Assembly: GCA_965217135.1 (NCBI GenBank)
Contig: OZ244249.1
Coordinates: forward strand, 3,496,167-3,560,166
DNA length: 64,000 nucleotides
Direction of reading: 5' to 3'
Source: Paracoccaceae bacterium
GTDB taxonomy: Bacteria; Pseudomonadota; Alphaproteobacteria; Rhodobacterales; Rhodobacteraceae
Shown: in pieces, positions 26,895-36,421 of the stretch
Layout: every line of letters begins with the position of its first letter
How positions within the stretch are numbered: position 1 is the stretch's first letter
Translations under genes and position numbers: made by a program
The notes under the pieces: generated by a model
The model's database searches: none
Seen by the model: the letters and a program-made list of their open reading frames with translations, nothing else
What the model was told of the DNA's origin: nothing

Positions 26895-27677
26895 TCAGGG
26901 CACCCAGTTGGCCTTGCGCTTGTCGAAGAAGGCGGCGATCCCTTCGGCGCCTTCTTCGCTGTCCCACCGCTTGCCCAGTTCGGTTGCGGTGTAATCCATA
27001 ACAGCATCGTCCACCTGCGGGCCAAGGAACTGCACCAGCTTCTTGGAAGCCGCCACAGCGCCCGGCGCACAGTTGAGGTACGGCACCACCTCAGCCTCAA
27101 CCACACTGGCCAGATCATCGGCCGGAACCGCGAGCGCCAGCAGGCCCAGCGCGATGGCTTCCTGCGCGTCGAATATGCGCGACGACATGAACACACGCCG
27201 CGCCCGGGCTTCGCCCATGCGAGCCACCACATAAGGTCCGATATTGGCCGGGATCAAACCCAGCCGGGTTTCGGTGAAGCCAAATTTTGCGGTCTCCACA
27301 CCGACCGCCACATCGCAGACCGACATCAGCCCCAGCCCACCCCCAAAGGCGTTACCCTGCACCGCACCGATCAATGGTTTCGGCAGCTGGTTCAATGCGT
27401 ACAGCATTGTGGCCAGCTTCATCGATTCCGCCACGCGGGCTTCGGGCTCAGCCTCCCGCTGCGCCTGCATCCACGCCAGATCACCCCCCGCGCAGAAACT
27501 TTTGCCCGCCCCCGTCAGGATCACCGCGCGCACGCTGTCATCCGCGCCCAGAGCGCCTGTGACATGCTCCAGATCGGCCAGCATCCGGGCCGACATGGCA
27601 TTGTGCTTTTCCGGGCGGTTCAGGGTCAGCGTGGCAATACCACGGGCGTCTTTTGCGAGCGTCAGTGTCTCGTACAT
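26895..27677 (-). CDS. Enoyl-CoA hydratase/isomerase (crotonase) family protein
   Basis: 'ATLTLNRPEKHNAMS...VILTGAGKSFCAGGDL...GNAFGGGLGL...FTETRLGLIP' are crotonase oxyanion-hole motifs. Confidence 0.9.
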   Translation of the reverse strand: MYETLTLAKDARGIATLTLNRPEKHNAMSARMLADLEHVTGALGADDSVRAVILTGAGKSFCAGGDLAWMQAQREAEPEARVAESMKLATMLYALNQLPKPLIGAVQGNAFGGGLGLMSVCDVAVGVETAKFGFTETRLGLIPANIGPYVVARMGEARARRVFMSSRIFDAQEAIALGLLALAVPADDLASVVEAEVVPYLNCAPGAVAASKKLVQFLGPQVDDAVMDYTATELGKRWDSEEGAEGIAAFFDKRKANWVP

Positions 27678-27850
27678 GGCCGGTCCTCCAAAATGGCTTG
27701 AAGCGGTGTAGCCCCGAACCGAAGGGGAGGAAAACCCCGAACCGGCACGGCACCAGCGCCTGGCCCCCGTTCGCAGCAGGAACCGGTCAATTCAGTTGCA
27801 ACTTGCGCCATGCCCCGGCAGCATTCCCACTGCAGGAGGAAACCAAGACC

Positions 27851-29512
27851 ATGCCAAAGCAAAAGAACATACTGTTCATCATGTTCGATCAGTTGCGGTG
27901 GGATTACCTGAGCTGCACCGGCCATCCACATCTGCACACACCGAACATCGACGCGCTGGCCGCAGATGGCGTACGGTTCAGCAGGACCTATGTGCAGGCC
28001 CCGGTCTGTGGGGCCAGCCGGATGAGCTTTTACACCGGGCGCTATGTGCATTCTCACGGGTCGACCTGGAACCGTGTGCCCCTGAAAGTCGGCGAACACA
28101 CCATGGGCGACCACCTGCGCGCCGCCGGCATGGATTGCTGGCTGATCGGCAAGACGCACATGGTCGCTGACGAAGAGGGCATGGAACGACTGGGCGTACC
28201 CCGTGACAGCATCATCGGGGTGCGGACCGAGCAATGCGGCTTCGACATCTGGGAACGCGACGATGGCCTGCGGCCCGAAGGCGCCGCCGGGCTCTATGAC
28301 GAACACGGCGCGGAAAAGTACAATGATTGGCTGCGCGCCAAGGGGTACGAGGGCGACAATCCCTGGCATGACTTTGCCAATTCGACCCGCGACGCGAACG
28401 GCAACGTGGACTCCGGATGGTTCCTGAAAAATGCCCGCCAACCAGCCCATATCGCCGAAGAAGACAGCGAAACGCCCTATATGACGACCCGCGCGATGGA
28501 TTTCATTTCCCAGGCCGGGGACACGCCATGGTGCTGCCACCTGAGCTATATCAAGCCGCACTGGCCCTATATTGCACCGCCGCCCTACAACGACATGTAT
28601 GGGCCGGATGATGTGATCCCGGTGGTGCGCTCCGATGCGGAATGGGATGACATGCACCCGGTCTATCGCGCCTATGCGGAAAATCCGGTCGGGCGCAGCT
28701 TTGCCCGCGATCACGTGCGTGATGAGGTGGTCCCCTCCTACATGGGGCTGATCAAGCAGTGCGACGATCAGATGGGGCGGCTCTTTGACTGGCTCAAGGA
28801 AAACGGGCATTGGGACAACACGATGATCGTGCTGACCTCAGACCATGGTGATTATCTGGGCGATCACTGGCTGGGCGAAAAAGACCTGTTTCACGACTGT
28901 TCCGTCAAGGTGCCTTTGATCATCCGCGATCCTTCGTCCAAGGCGGACAGCACACGCGGTACGGTCTGTGACGCGCTGGTCGAGGCGATCGACCTGGCCC
29001 CAACATTTCTGGATGTGGCAGGCGGCGCGCCGCGTCCGCATATACTGGAAGGCCGGTCGCTGATGCCATGGCTGCAGGGCGACAACGTCGAGGACTGGCG
29101 GACCTACGCGATTTGCGAAAGCGAATATGGCATACATCCCGGCGTCAAAAGCTTCGCGCTGGATGTGGAGGATCCGCGCCAGTTCATGGTCTGCACGGAC
29201 CGGTGGAAATTTGTCCATGCGGAAGGGTTCCGACCCATGCTGTTCGATCTCGAGGCCGACCCGGATGAATTGAACGATCTTGGCAGTGATCCGGCCCATG
29301 CTGAGATCCGAACCGAGCTGTTCGGCTATCTCAACGACTGGGCCCGCCGCCTGAGCCAGCGCATAACGATGAGCCCAGAACAGGTAGATGTGGAGCGGGA
29401 TCGGTCCAGCCTGAAAGGTGTGCTGATCGGGGCGTGGGATGAAAACGACGCGCCGGAGTTCATGACGAAAGGCTACATGCCCAAACCTGCCCCGAAAGGA
29501 CCAACCGACTAG
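27851..29512 (+). CDS. Sulfatase-family hydrolase (arylsulfatase / phosphonate-monoester-hydrolase-like)
   Basis: 'NILFIMFDQLRWDYL...PVCGASRMSFYTGRY' fits the (C/S)-x-(P/A)-x-R formylglycine motif, with Ala in place of the usual Pro (28007-28021). 'LTSDHGD' occurs later. ATG 27851 is preceded by GGAGGAAACC. No FGE gene is visible in the window. Confidence 0.85.
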   Translation: MPKQKNILFIMFDQLRWDYLSCTGHPHLHTPNIDALAADGVRFSRTYVQAPVCGASRMSFYTGRYVHSHGSTWNRVPLKVGEHTMGDHLRAAGMDCWLIGKTHMVADEEGMERLGVPRDSIIGVRTEQCGFDIWERDDGLRPEGAAGLYDEHGAEKYNDWLRAKGYEGDNPWHDFANSTRDANGNVDSGWFLKNARQPAHIAEEDSETPYMTTRAMDFISQAGDTPWCCHLSYIKPHWPYIAPPPYNDMYGPDDVIPVVRSDAEWDDMHPVYRAYAENPVGRSFARDHVRDEVVPSYMGLIKQCDDQMGRLFDWLKENGHWDNTMIVLTSDHGDYLGDHWLGEKDLFHDCSVKVPLIIRDPSSKADSTRGTVCDALVEAIDLAPTFLDVAGGAPRPHILEGRSLMPWLQGDNVEDWRTYAICESEYGIHPGVKSFALDVEDPRQFMVCTDRWKFVHAEGFRPMLFDLEADPDELNDLGSDPAHAEIRTELFGYLNDWARRLSQRITMSPEQVDVERDRSSLKGVLIGAWDENDAPEFMTKGYMPKPAPKGPTD

Positions 29513-29645
29513 ACCTAAAGAGGTTTCGTGCGCGGAACCTGTTGCGTGTTGCCTGTAGGCAGTAGGGCCAAGCCATTTTGAAATGGCTCTGAAAGCAGCG
29601 TCGACGCGGCGTGAGCCGCAATGCGAAGCGCATTGGCGGACCGGT

Positions 29646-30878
29646 TCAGTCTACTTTGACCGTTCCGTCAGCCACCCAGCCATCCAGGATGGCAAGCACG
29701 GCGTCGGCAAAGCCCTGGTCGTTGATGTGGCAGTCCACTTCAGTCAGCTCCAGGGGCGGCCGGACAGCTTTGCGGAATTCATCCAGCATGTCGGCCAGTG
29801 CGTCAGGGTCATGCGCGGGGCCGCCTGGGCGATCCCATTCCTCGATGCCCTGAGTGCTGAGCACCACATGCACCGGCGCCGTCGCCGGTTCCAACCGGGC
29901 CAGGATATCTTGCACAAGGTCGCGCCGTTCCGAGCCGGTCAGGGCGGACGATTTGATCAGCCGGTTATGCGCATGAAACGGCCGGTCACGGTAGCGTTCA
30001 GGTATCTCCTGCCACCCGGCCAGATCGATCAGGTCGATGCAACCTGGTGCCACCATTTGGGGAACCCCGGCAAGCCCCGCCGCTGTCAGCCGGTCGGGCC
30101 CAGAATTGACCACCGATCCGATCATCAGGTTGCCGACCTCGGGTAACGCAAAATCCATTACAGCGGCGAAATAGCCCTGCGCGGCCAGTTTTTCAAACGC
30201 CATTCCACCCATACCCGTGGCGTGGAACACAGCCACTTCGAATCCGCGCGCCTCCAGAGGCTCCTTCAACAGTTTCATGTAACGCAGGCAGGACGACCCA
30301 AGGCTGGTCATCCCGATTACCGGGCGTTCGCGTTTGGGCGGCTCCACCGCCTGCGCCGCCCCCAGCACCGCCCCCGCCGCCTGGCTGAGCGAGGATTTGC
30401 AGACCGAGTTCAGCCCGTATAGCCCACCTGCCCAGAGGATCATCTGGATGTCAGGCGACAGGCGGTCTGCGGGGATCAGAGGGGAAAAGGATACGGTCGA
30501 GACCACGAATTTCGGCACTCCGATCGGCAGGGCCTGCGCACAATCCAGCGCCAGGTCGGTGCCCATGGTGCCGCCCAGCGCGATCATCCCGTCGATCTTG
30601 CCGTTTGCATGCAACTCTGACGTAAGGGTAGCGGCGCCCTTGGCCATGATCTGCATCGCAGTGTTTTCATCACCCGACTCGATGGCCGCCTGGATGGAAC
30701 TGCCCGCCGCTTCGGCCACGGCGTGTTTGGAAATGTCGGTGGGATCGGCGGGATCACCCAGAACGCTGACATCCATGCTGACCGTTTGCCCACCCAGAGC
30801 TGCGATCTTGCCAGTCAGATAGCTGAGTTCATCATCCTTAGTGTCATAGGTACCGATAACCAGAATGGTTTTTGTCAT
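29646..30878 (-). CDS. UPF0261 / Tm-1-like ATP-binding domain protein
   Basis: 'MTKTILVIGTYDTKDDELSYLTGKIAALGG' and the overall 410-aa layout are typical of UPF0261. Confidence 0.7.
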   Translation of the reverse strand: MTKTILVIGTYDTKDDELSYLTGKIAALGGQTVSMDVSVLGDPADPTDISKHAVAEAAGSSIQAAIESGDENTAMQIMAKGAATLTSELHANGKIDGMIALGGTMGTDLALDCAQALPIGVPKFVVSTVSFSPLIPADRLSPDIQMILWAGGLYGLNSVCKSSLSQAAGAVLGAAQAVEPPKRERPVIGMTSLGSSCLRYMKLLKEPLEARGFEVAVFHATGMGGMAFEKLAAQGYFAAVMDFALPEVGNLMIGSVVNSGPDRLTAAGLAGVPQMVAPGCIDLIDLAGWQEIPERYRDRPFHAHNRLIKSSALTGSERRDLVQDILARLEPATAPVHVVLSTQGIEEWDRPGGPAHDPDALADMLDEFRKAVRPPLELTEVDCHINDQGFADAVLAILDGWVADGTVKVD

Positions 30879-30962
30879 GTCTGTTCCCCGTTCTGTCGCC
30901 TTTCATCGGGGTAGCGCGGGATCACCTACTTTGCACGTGGAAAGAGCCAGGTCACCAAAGAG

Positions 30963-30997
30963 AAAAGGCGCGCCCCGACGGCGCGCGCCCCTTTTTG
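30963..30997. terminator. Intrinsic terminator, bidirectional (A-tract / GC hairpin / T-tract)
   Basis: The sequence is AAAAGGCGCGCCCCGACGGCGCGCGCCCCTTTTT. A GC-rich stem (67-76 pairs with 80-89, one mismatch) is flanked by A4 and T5. It lies 14 nt beyond the stop of the minus-strand tailspike-like gene. Confidence 0.6.
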
Positions 30998-31010
30998 TAG
31001 GAAACCGGGA

Positions 31011-33295
31011 TCAGGCGTCGATGCGCGTGGTCACGATCACCTCGCCTTCGACCGGTTCGGGCCAGATCAGCTGGATCTGGTCCTTGTTGGACCCTTGCTG
31101 GGTCTGGACATAAGGCATGGCATAGACAGCCTGACCTGCCGCGTTCTTGATTTTTCCGTTGGCCACAACCGCGTCCACGTTCCGCGCCCAGGCTTCAAAC
31201 GGCAGTTCACCGCCGGTGCCGATCTGCCAGGTCTGGGTGGGCGAGTTTTCCGAATGTTCCACGCGCAGTGGGTTCATCGGCTGGGAGACAACCGAGTGGT
31301 AGGAATTGCCCGTGAAGTTCACATGTTTGGAGCGGCTGTAATCTAGATCGGCAAAGCTGGTGTCGACCCGTTCGGCCCTGTCGATATTGCCATTGATCGA
31401 CCGGAACTTGTTGCCCGTCACCATGACCCCGTTCAGGAAATGCCCAGCGCCGTGCGGTTTGATCACGATATAGCTGAACCACGGCGCCACATCGCCGGAC
31501 AGGAACACGTTATCGGTGATGGAAAACGCGCTGAAGGAAAAGCCGCTGGAAAACGTCGGTTCGCTGTCTTGTTCATTGGTCCATTCGATAAAGCAGTTGT
31601 CCACGTAATTGCCGGTGAAGTTGGTGCTGGTATAGGTCGCGGCAAAGACAATCCCCGCGGTGCGCACGCCATCGGTGATGCCATCCCCCTGGAAGAAATG
31701 GTGCCGATCACGACTCTGTTCGACCCGGCCAGCAGCGCGAAATGTTTGAACTTGGTCGCCCGGCAATTGCGCAGCTTCACGTCATTGGCATTGGCGTTTA
31801 TCGCGATGCTGACCCGGTCGGGCACATCGACGGAATCTTCGCTGGACAGGAACTGACACCGGTCGATCAGCATGCCCTGACAGCCGCCACCGATAGAGGT
31901 GAGACCGCGATCCTTGGGGCGGGAGATGAAACAGTCGGCCAGGGTGAAAGTCAGGCCACTCGGGGCCAGCAGAATGCCACTGCATTCCCCGTTGCACTGA
32001 AATTCGATGTCGTTGAACGCGAATTTCGAGAGCTTGGAGAACCCGGTGAAGTCCAGCAGATATTGAAACCGCTTGAAGGTGAAATTCTGTGTGCCAGCGG
32101 CATCGTAGAGCGATGCGTTCAGGGTGATTTCCTGCGTCGCATCGTTTTTCTCGCGGACATAAATTTCGCGCCCGACCCCGTTGCCTTCGACCAGAGCACC
32201 GACTGGGATATTGGAGATATTGGTGACGTTGGTGAGCTTACGGTTGTCACTGGGGTCATATGTAGCCTGTGAGGTCACCGTGACAGTGTCCCATGCCGGG
32301 CCATTCTTGGCCTCAAGCTGACCATTGCGGATCACCCGGCGGGTGGCATAGCTGGTCTTGTCGGGGACCGTGGCCTGCATGTCGATGGGTCCGGTCACCT
32401 GAACCTTGCGCCCGCCCAGATCCAGCGATTCATGATCGACATTATTCAGCAGGGCCTGAAATGCCTTTTTGAACGCCAGCTCCTCATTACCGAAAGCGTC
32501 GATATAGCTGGGCAGGTCATAGCTTTTCTGAAGCAGCAGCATCTTTTCGGTGGGCATGGTCACTGTGCCCTGAAACTCTACCCGGTTTTTCAGGATGACG
32601 TCGTCATCCAGAAAATAGGTGCCCTCAGACACCAGCACAGTCCGGCCATCGGCGGCATCATCGGCGTCGGCAAAAGCCGCGCTGTCATCGGTCACACCAT
32701 CGCCGATGGCGCCATAATCGCGCACATCGACGATGTTCATCATCGTGCGAAGGAAGGCGCTGGTGATATCCACGATCTCAATATCATCGATGCGGACCAC
32801 CCCGCCATTCGACCCGTTCAGGTCCAGACCGAAATGACCATAGAGCGCCTCGGTTCCCCAGACCATGTCCACACCGGTGCGTTGCCCGGAGCCGACAATC
32901 GCGGTGACCTCGACCACCTCACCATAGCCGGTCAGCGTAACCGACGGCCCGGTTTCCACGACCCCGCCTATATGGCTGCCGCCCGTCCCACCGGCCCAGG
33001 CGGAAATGCGCACCGACGGCAGGTTGCCGCTGACCGCTTTAACCCGCGCCCGGATCTGCAGGTAGCAGCCGGGCAACAACGACGTTTCCCCCATGTATCG
33101 GAGCTTTTGCGTGCTGTCGGTTTTCTGCAGTTCCAGGCATCCGCCGAAATCCTGGTCTGCGGGCACAAAGGCCGCGTTCACCGCTCCGTCATAAGTATCC
33201 GACCCGGGCGTTCCGTTGCCGCTGGACCAGACATCCAGACCATTCGCAAACGGCGGCGGCGTGAGCAGCACGCCATCAGTGATTGCCTTGTTCAT
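31011..33295 (-). pseudogene. CBM-like plus pectate-lyase-fold (tailspike / polysaccharide-depolymerase-like) gene split by a 1-nt frameshift near 31700-31705
   Basis: The upstream ORF carries 'VDVRDYGAIGDGVTDDSAAFADA', the hallmark of the pectate-lyase-3/tailspike N-cap. It reads sensibly up to '...FALLAGSNRVVIG' and then turns into P/S/A/R-rich nonsense. The overlapping ORF in another frame becomes protein-like from 'HHFFQGDGITDGVRTAGIVF...'. Restoring one base in 'atcggc-a-ccatttc' would give 'VVIGNHFFQGDG'. ATG 33295 is the preferred start. Confidence 0.7.
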
Positions 33296-33413
33296 TCCGT
33301 TCCCTTTCCCGCGGAGGAGCAAATTCGCAACGCCCGGCGATGGCCGGGCGCAGGAAAGGGAGCTATCTATTGGGAGTTAACCGGTGTTTCGGGCACCGTA
33401 ACGTTGCATGCAA

Positions 33414-33815
33414 TCAGGCAGACAGATCTGCTTCGACCCGTTGCACACCATTGATCTTCCAGCCGGTTTCCAGCTGCACCATTTCATAGTCGAAAAAATG
33501 GCTGTTGCCTTTGGCATCAATAATCTCCACCCGCTGCCAAAACCGTCCATCGGTTTCCCGTAGGTTCATATACCGGACTTTGGAAGGCCTCCACACCATG
33601 GGATAGCCACGCCGTACCATCAGGCCGAAGTTTTCCGACGTGCGGAACATGCTTTGAATGCCGGGGCTCGCGTAAGTGAAGGCGCGGTCGAAGTCATCGG
33701 AGCGAAACGCTTCTATTTGCGCTGAAATCGTCGCCTCGATCTCTTCGCTTTGAGCTTCCGCCATGCTGCCGATGAGCCCCAGCGCAAGAACCAGTGAAAT
33801 GAATAAGTGTCGCAT
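33414..33815 (-). CDS. DUF4864 domain protein (secreted, NTF2-like)
   Basis: Signal peptide 'MRHLFISLVLALGLIGSMAEA', then 'ISAQIEAFRSDDFDRAFTYASPGIQSMF...', typical of DUF4864. Confidence 0.7.
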   Translation of the reverse strand: MRHLFISLVLALGLIGSMAEAQSEEIEATISAQIEAFRSDDFDRAFTYASPGIQSMFRTSENFGLMVRRGYPMVWRPSKVRYMNLRETDGRFWQRVEIIDAKGNSHFFDYEMVQLETGWKINGVQRVEADLSA

Positions 33816-33872
33816 CCGGACCTCCCTAATTTGGAAAGTATACGGCTCAGATGCTGCCCCGGATCAGTTGCG

Positions 33873-34181
33873 TTAGTCCAGTTCCGTCCATGGCCAGGGT
33901 TTCACCTCGCTCGCACCGGTCTGGAACCGCGCGGCTTTAGCAATCCAGATGCCAAGGTCAGTGCCGAAATCAGCCAGCCGTTCATTGGGTTGCCGGTTGC
34001 TGACCAGCATGATGATGAACTGGATCACCGTAACCACGACCAGAATGGTCTGGGCAAGATTGATCATGATTGCGATCAGCACCATGAACAGCAGGCGCCA
34101 CCATAGACTGTCCTGCGTCTCTGGCTCAAACTGTTCCCCGTGCAGACGCCCCTGGACCTTATCTTTGTCGGATGCCGACAT
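33873..34181 (-). CDS. DUF4389 domain membrane protein
   Basis: 102 aa with two TM helices ('WWRLLFMVLIAIMINLAQTILVVVTVIQFIIMLV') and the tail '...RLADFGTDLGIWIAKAARFQTG'. Confidence 0.6.
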   Translation of the reverse strand: MSASDKDKVQGRLHGEQFEPETQDSLWWRLLFMVLIAIMINLAQTILVVVTVIQFIIMLVSNRQPNERLADFGTDLGIWIAKAARFQTGASEVKPWPWTELD

Positions 34182-34247
34182 GTCATTCTCCGTAACCGTG
34201 GACCCGCGCAGCTTACCACAAACACAAACATCCGGAACCTGGGGGAT

Positions 34248-35828
34248 TCAGGTGGAAACGAGCTCTCCCGCCAGAGCCTTGTCGATCAGCGCAACGGTTT
34301 CTTCGACACCATACAACGCGATGAAGCCACCAAAGCGCGGGCCATGGGATGCGCCCAGCAGAACCTCATACAGAGCCGTGAACCATTGCCGTAGCGGATC
34401 AAACCGTTCGCGGCCAACCGCGTAGACGATGGATTGCAGCGCTTCGTCATCAACAGGACCGTCATAACCAGTCAGCTCGGCCCGCAGTGCCTCCAGTGCC
34501 TCACGCTCCATATCCGAGGGCACGCGGAACTTTCGGGCCGGTTTGACGAAGTCGTTGTAGTAGCTGACTGCAAAGGCGGCGGCTTGGTCCATATCCGGAT
34601 TGTTTTCCGGCGTGGCATCAGGCGCGTAACGCTGGATGAAGCCCCAGAGCTTGTGCTTGTCCTCAGCCCCCGAAACCGAGGCCAGGTTCAACAACATCGC
34701 AAACGGCACCACCATATGTGACGTGGGCACATTATGGCCATGGATGTGGAAGACCGGGTTGTTCAGCCGCCCCTTGTCATCCTGGTCCGCATAAGCGCGC
34801 AGTTGCTGATGGTATTCGTCCATTGCCTTGGGGATCACGTCGAAGAACAGTCGCTTGGCCGTCTTTGGTTTCTGATACATGAAATAACTAAGGCTTTCGG
34901 TCGATGCATAGCTCAGCCATTCATCAATCGAAATGCCGTTGCCAGACGATTTCGAAATTTTCTGCCCCTGATCGTCGAGGAACAATTCGTAAGAGAAATG
35001 GTTGGGTGGACGGGCGCCCAGCGTCCGGCAGATGGCATCGTAGATTTTTTCGTTGGTGGCGTGTTCCTTGCCATACATCTCAAAATCCACACCCAGCGCG
35101 GCCCAACGCGCGCCGAAATCCGGCTTCCATTGCAGTTTCACATTCCCGCCAGTGACAGGCAGCGTCCATTCGCGGCCCTCGGGATCATCGAAGGTTACCG
35201 TACCGTCGCGCCCATCGACATGCTTCATTGGGACATAAAGAACGCGGCCCGTTTCAGGGTGGATCGGCAGAAAGATTGAATAGGTCTGCTGCCGTTCTTC
35301 GCGCAGGCTTTTCAGCATGATTGCCATAAGATCATCATACCGCTCGGCACAGCGCAGCAGGATTTCGTCAAACTGGCCGGACTGGTAGAACAACTTGGCC
35401 GAGTAGAAATCATATTCGAACCCGAAGGTGTCCAGAAACCGCTGCAACATCGCGTTGTTATGATCGCCAAAACTGTCGTGCGTTCCAAAAGGATCGGGCA
35501 CAGATGTGAGAGGTTTTTGCAGATGCTCGGCCAGTTCTTCCTGGTTCGGCACATTGCCTGGCACCTTGCGCATTCCGTCCAGATCGTCGGAAAAACAGAT
35601 CAGCTTGGTCGGTATGTCCGAGATCACTTCGAACGCCCGGCGGATCATGGTGGTGCGCAGGACCTCGCCAAAGGTGCCGATATGCGGCAGGCCGGAGGGC
35701 CCATAGCCGGTTTCAAACAGAACATACCCCTTTTCTGGCGGGGCCTTTTCATACCGTTTGAGCAGCCGCCGCGCCTCTTCAAAAGGCCAGGCCTTCGATG
35801 TCATAGCGGTATCGCGCAGGTTGCTCAT
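34248..35828 (-). CDS. lysK: Lysine--tRNA ligase, class I
   Basis: HIGH-type '[12 protein letters not shown]' and KMSKS-type 'KISKSSGNG', with the overall class-I LysRS layout common in alphaproteobacteria. The start is ATG 35828 (alternative 35804). Confidence 0.9.
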   Translation of the reverse strand: MSNLRDTAMTSKAWPFEEARRLLKRYEKAPPEKGYVLFETGYGPSGLPHIGTFGEVLRTTMIRRAFEVISDIPTKLICFSDDLDGMRKVPGNVPNQEELAEHLQKPLTSVPDPFGTHDSFGDHNNAMLQRFLDTFGFEYDFYSAKLFYQSGQFDEILLRCAERYDDLMAIMLKSLREERQQTYSIFLPIHPETGRVLYVPMKHVDGRDGTVTFDDPEGREWTLPVTGGNVKLQWKPDFGARWAALGVDFEMYGKEHATNEKIYDAICRTLGARPPNHFSYELFLDDQGQKISKSSGNGISIDEWLSYASTESLSYFMYQKPKTAKRLFFDVIPKAMDEYHQQLRAYADQDDKGRLNNPVFHIHGHNVPTSHMVVPFAMLLNLASVSGAEDKHKLWGFIQRYAPDATPENNPDMDQAAAFAVSYYNDFVKPARKFRVPSDMEREALEALRAELTGYDGPVDDEALQSIVYAVGRERFDPLRQWFTALYEVLLGASHGPRFGGFIALYGVEETVALIDKALAGELVST

Positions 35829-35953
35829 GGTATGTCCGTTACTTTTGCGGGATGCAGCCACGCCCGATGCGCGGCAGTCCGACACTCCCTATTGTGCAGG
35901 CCGCAGCCCGTCAATATTCTGCACCGCAACATGAGAAGCGAAAGGACACTTCC

Positions 35954-36370
35954 GTGACCGATCCCCACGTCCTGAGCGAACAGGACTGCCTCGTCGCCCT
36001 GATGGTGGCCGTCTCGGCATCGGACGAAAACATCCGTACGGCCGAGCTGGTCAAAATCCAATCCAATGTGAACATGCTGCCGGTCTTCGCCGAATATGAC
36101 ATCGACCGCCTGAACACCGTGTCCCAAACCGTGTTCGACTTGTTCGATCAGGAAGACGGACTGGATGCATTGTTCGGCCTGATCCGCGAAAACCTACCCG
36201 AGCGGCTGTATGAAACAGCCTACGCACTCGCCTGCGATGTTGCTGCCGCCGATGGGACGCTTCGGGAACAGGAACTGCGGCTGCTGGAAGAGATGCGGTA
36301 CGAGCTGAACCTAGACCGGCTGTACGCCGCCGCTATTGAACGCGGGGCCCGGGCGCGGCACATCACCTGA
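35954..36370 (+). CDS. TerB-family (tellurite-resistance-like) protein
   Basis: 'LVALMVAVSASDENIRTAELVKIQ...YALACDVAAADGTLREQELRLLEEMRYELNLD' shows the paired TerB helices. GTG 35954 is preceded by AAAGGA. The ORF-track start 35852 overlaps the lysK 5' region. Confidence 0.65.
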   Translation: MTDPHVLSEQDCLVALMVAVSASDENIRTAELVKIQSNVNMLPVFAEYDIDRLNTVSQTVFDLFDQEDGLDALFGLIRENLPERLYETAYALACDVAAADGTLREQELRLLEEMRYELNLDRLYAAAIERGARARHIT

Positions 36371-36421
36371 TCAAGGTCGGGTGTACTGTTAACAACAAGC
36401 CCAAGATCTCGGAGAAAAATC

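Noticed and set aside
31690-31715. Programmed ribosomal frameshift in the tailspike-like gene
   Set aside because: There is no X-XXY-YYZ slippery heptamer or homopolymer at the frame junction (gtcgtgatcggcaccatttcttcc), and no obvious downstream stimulatory structure. A simple 1-nt deletion or assembly error is the parsimonious reading.
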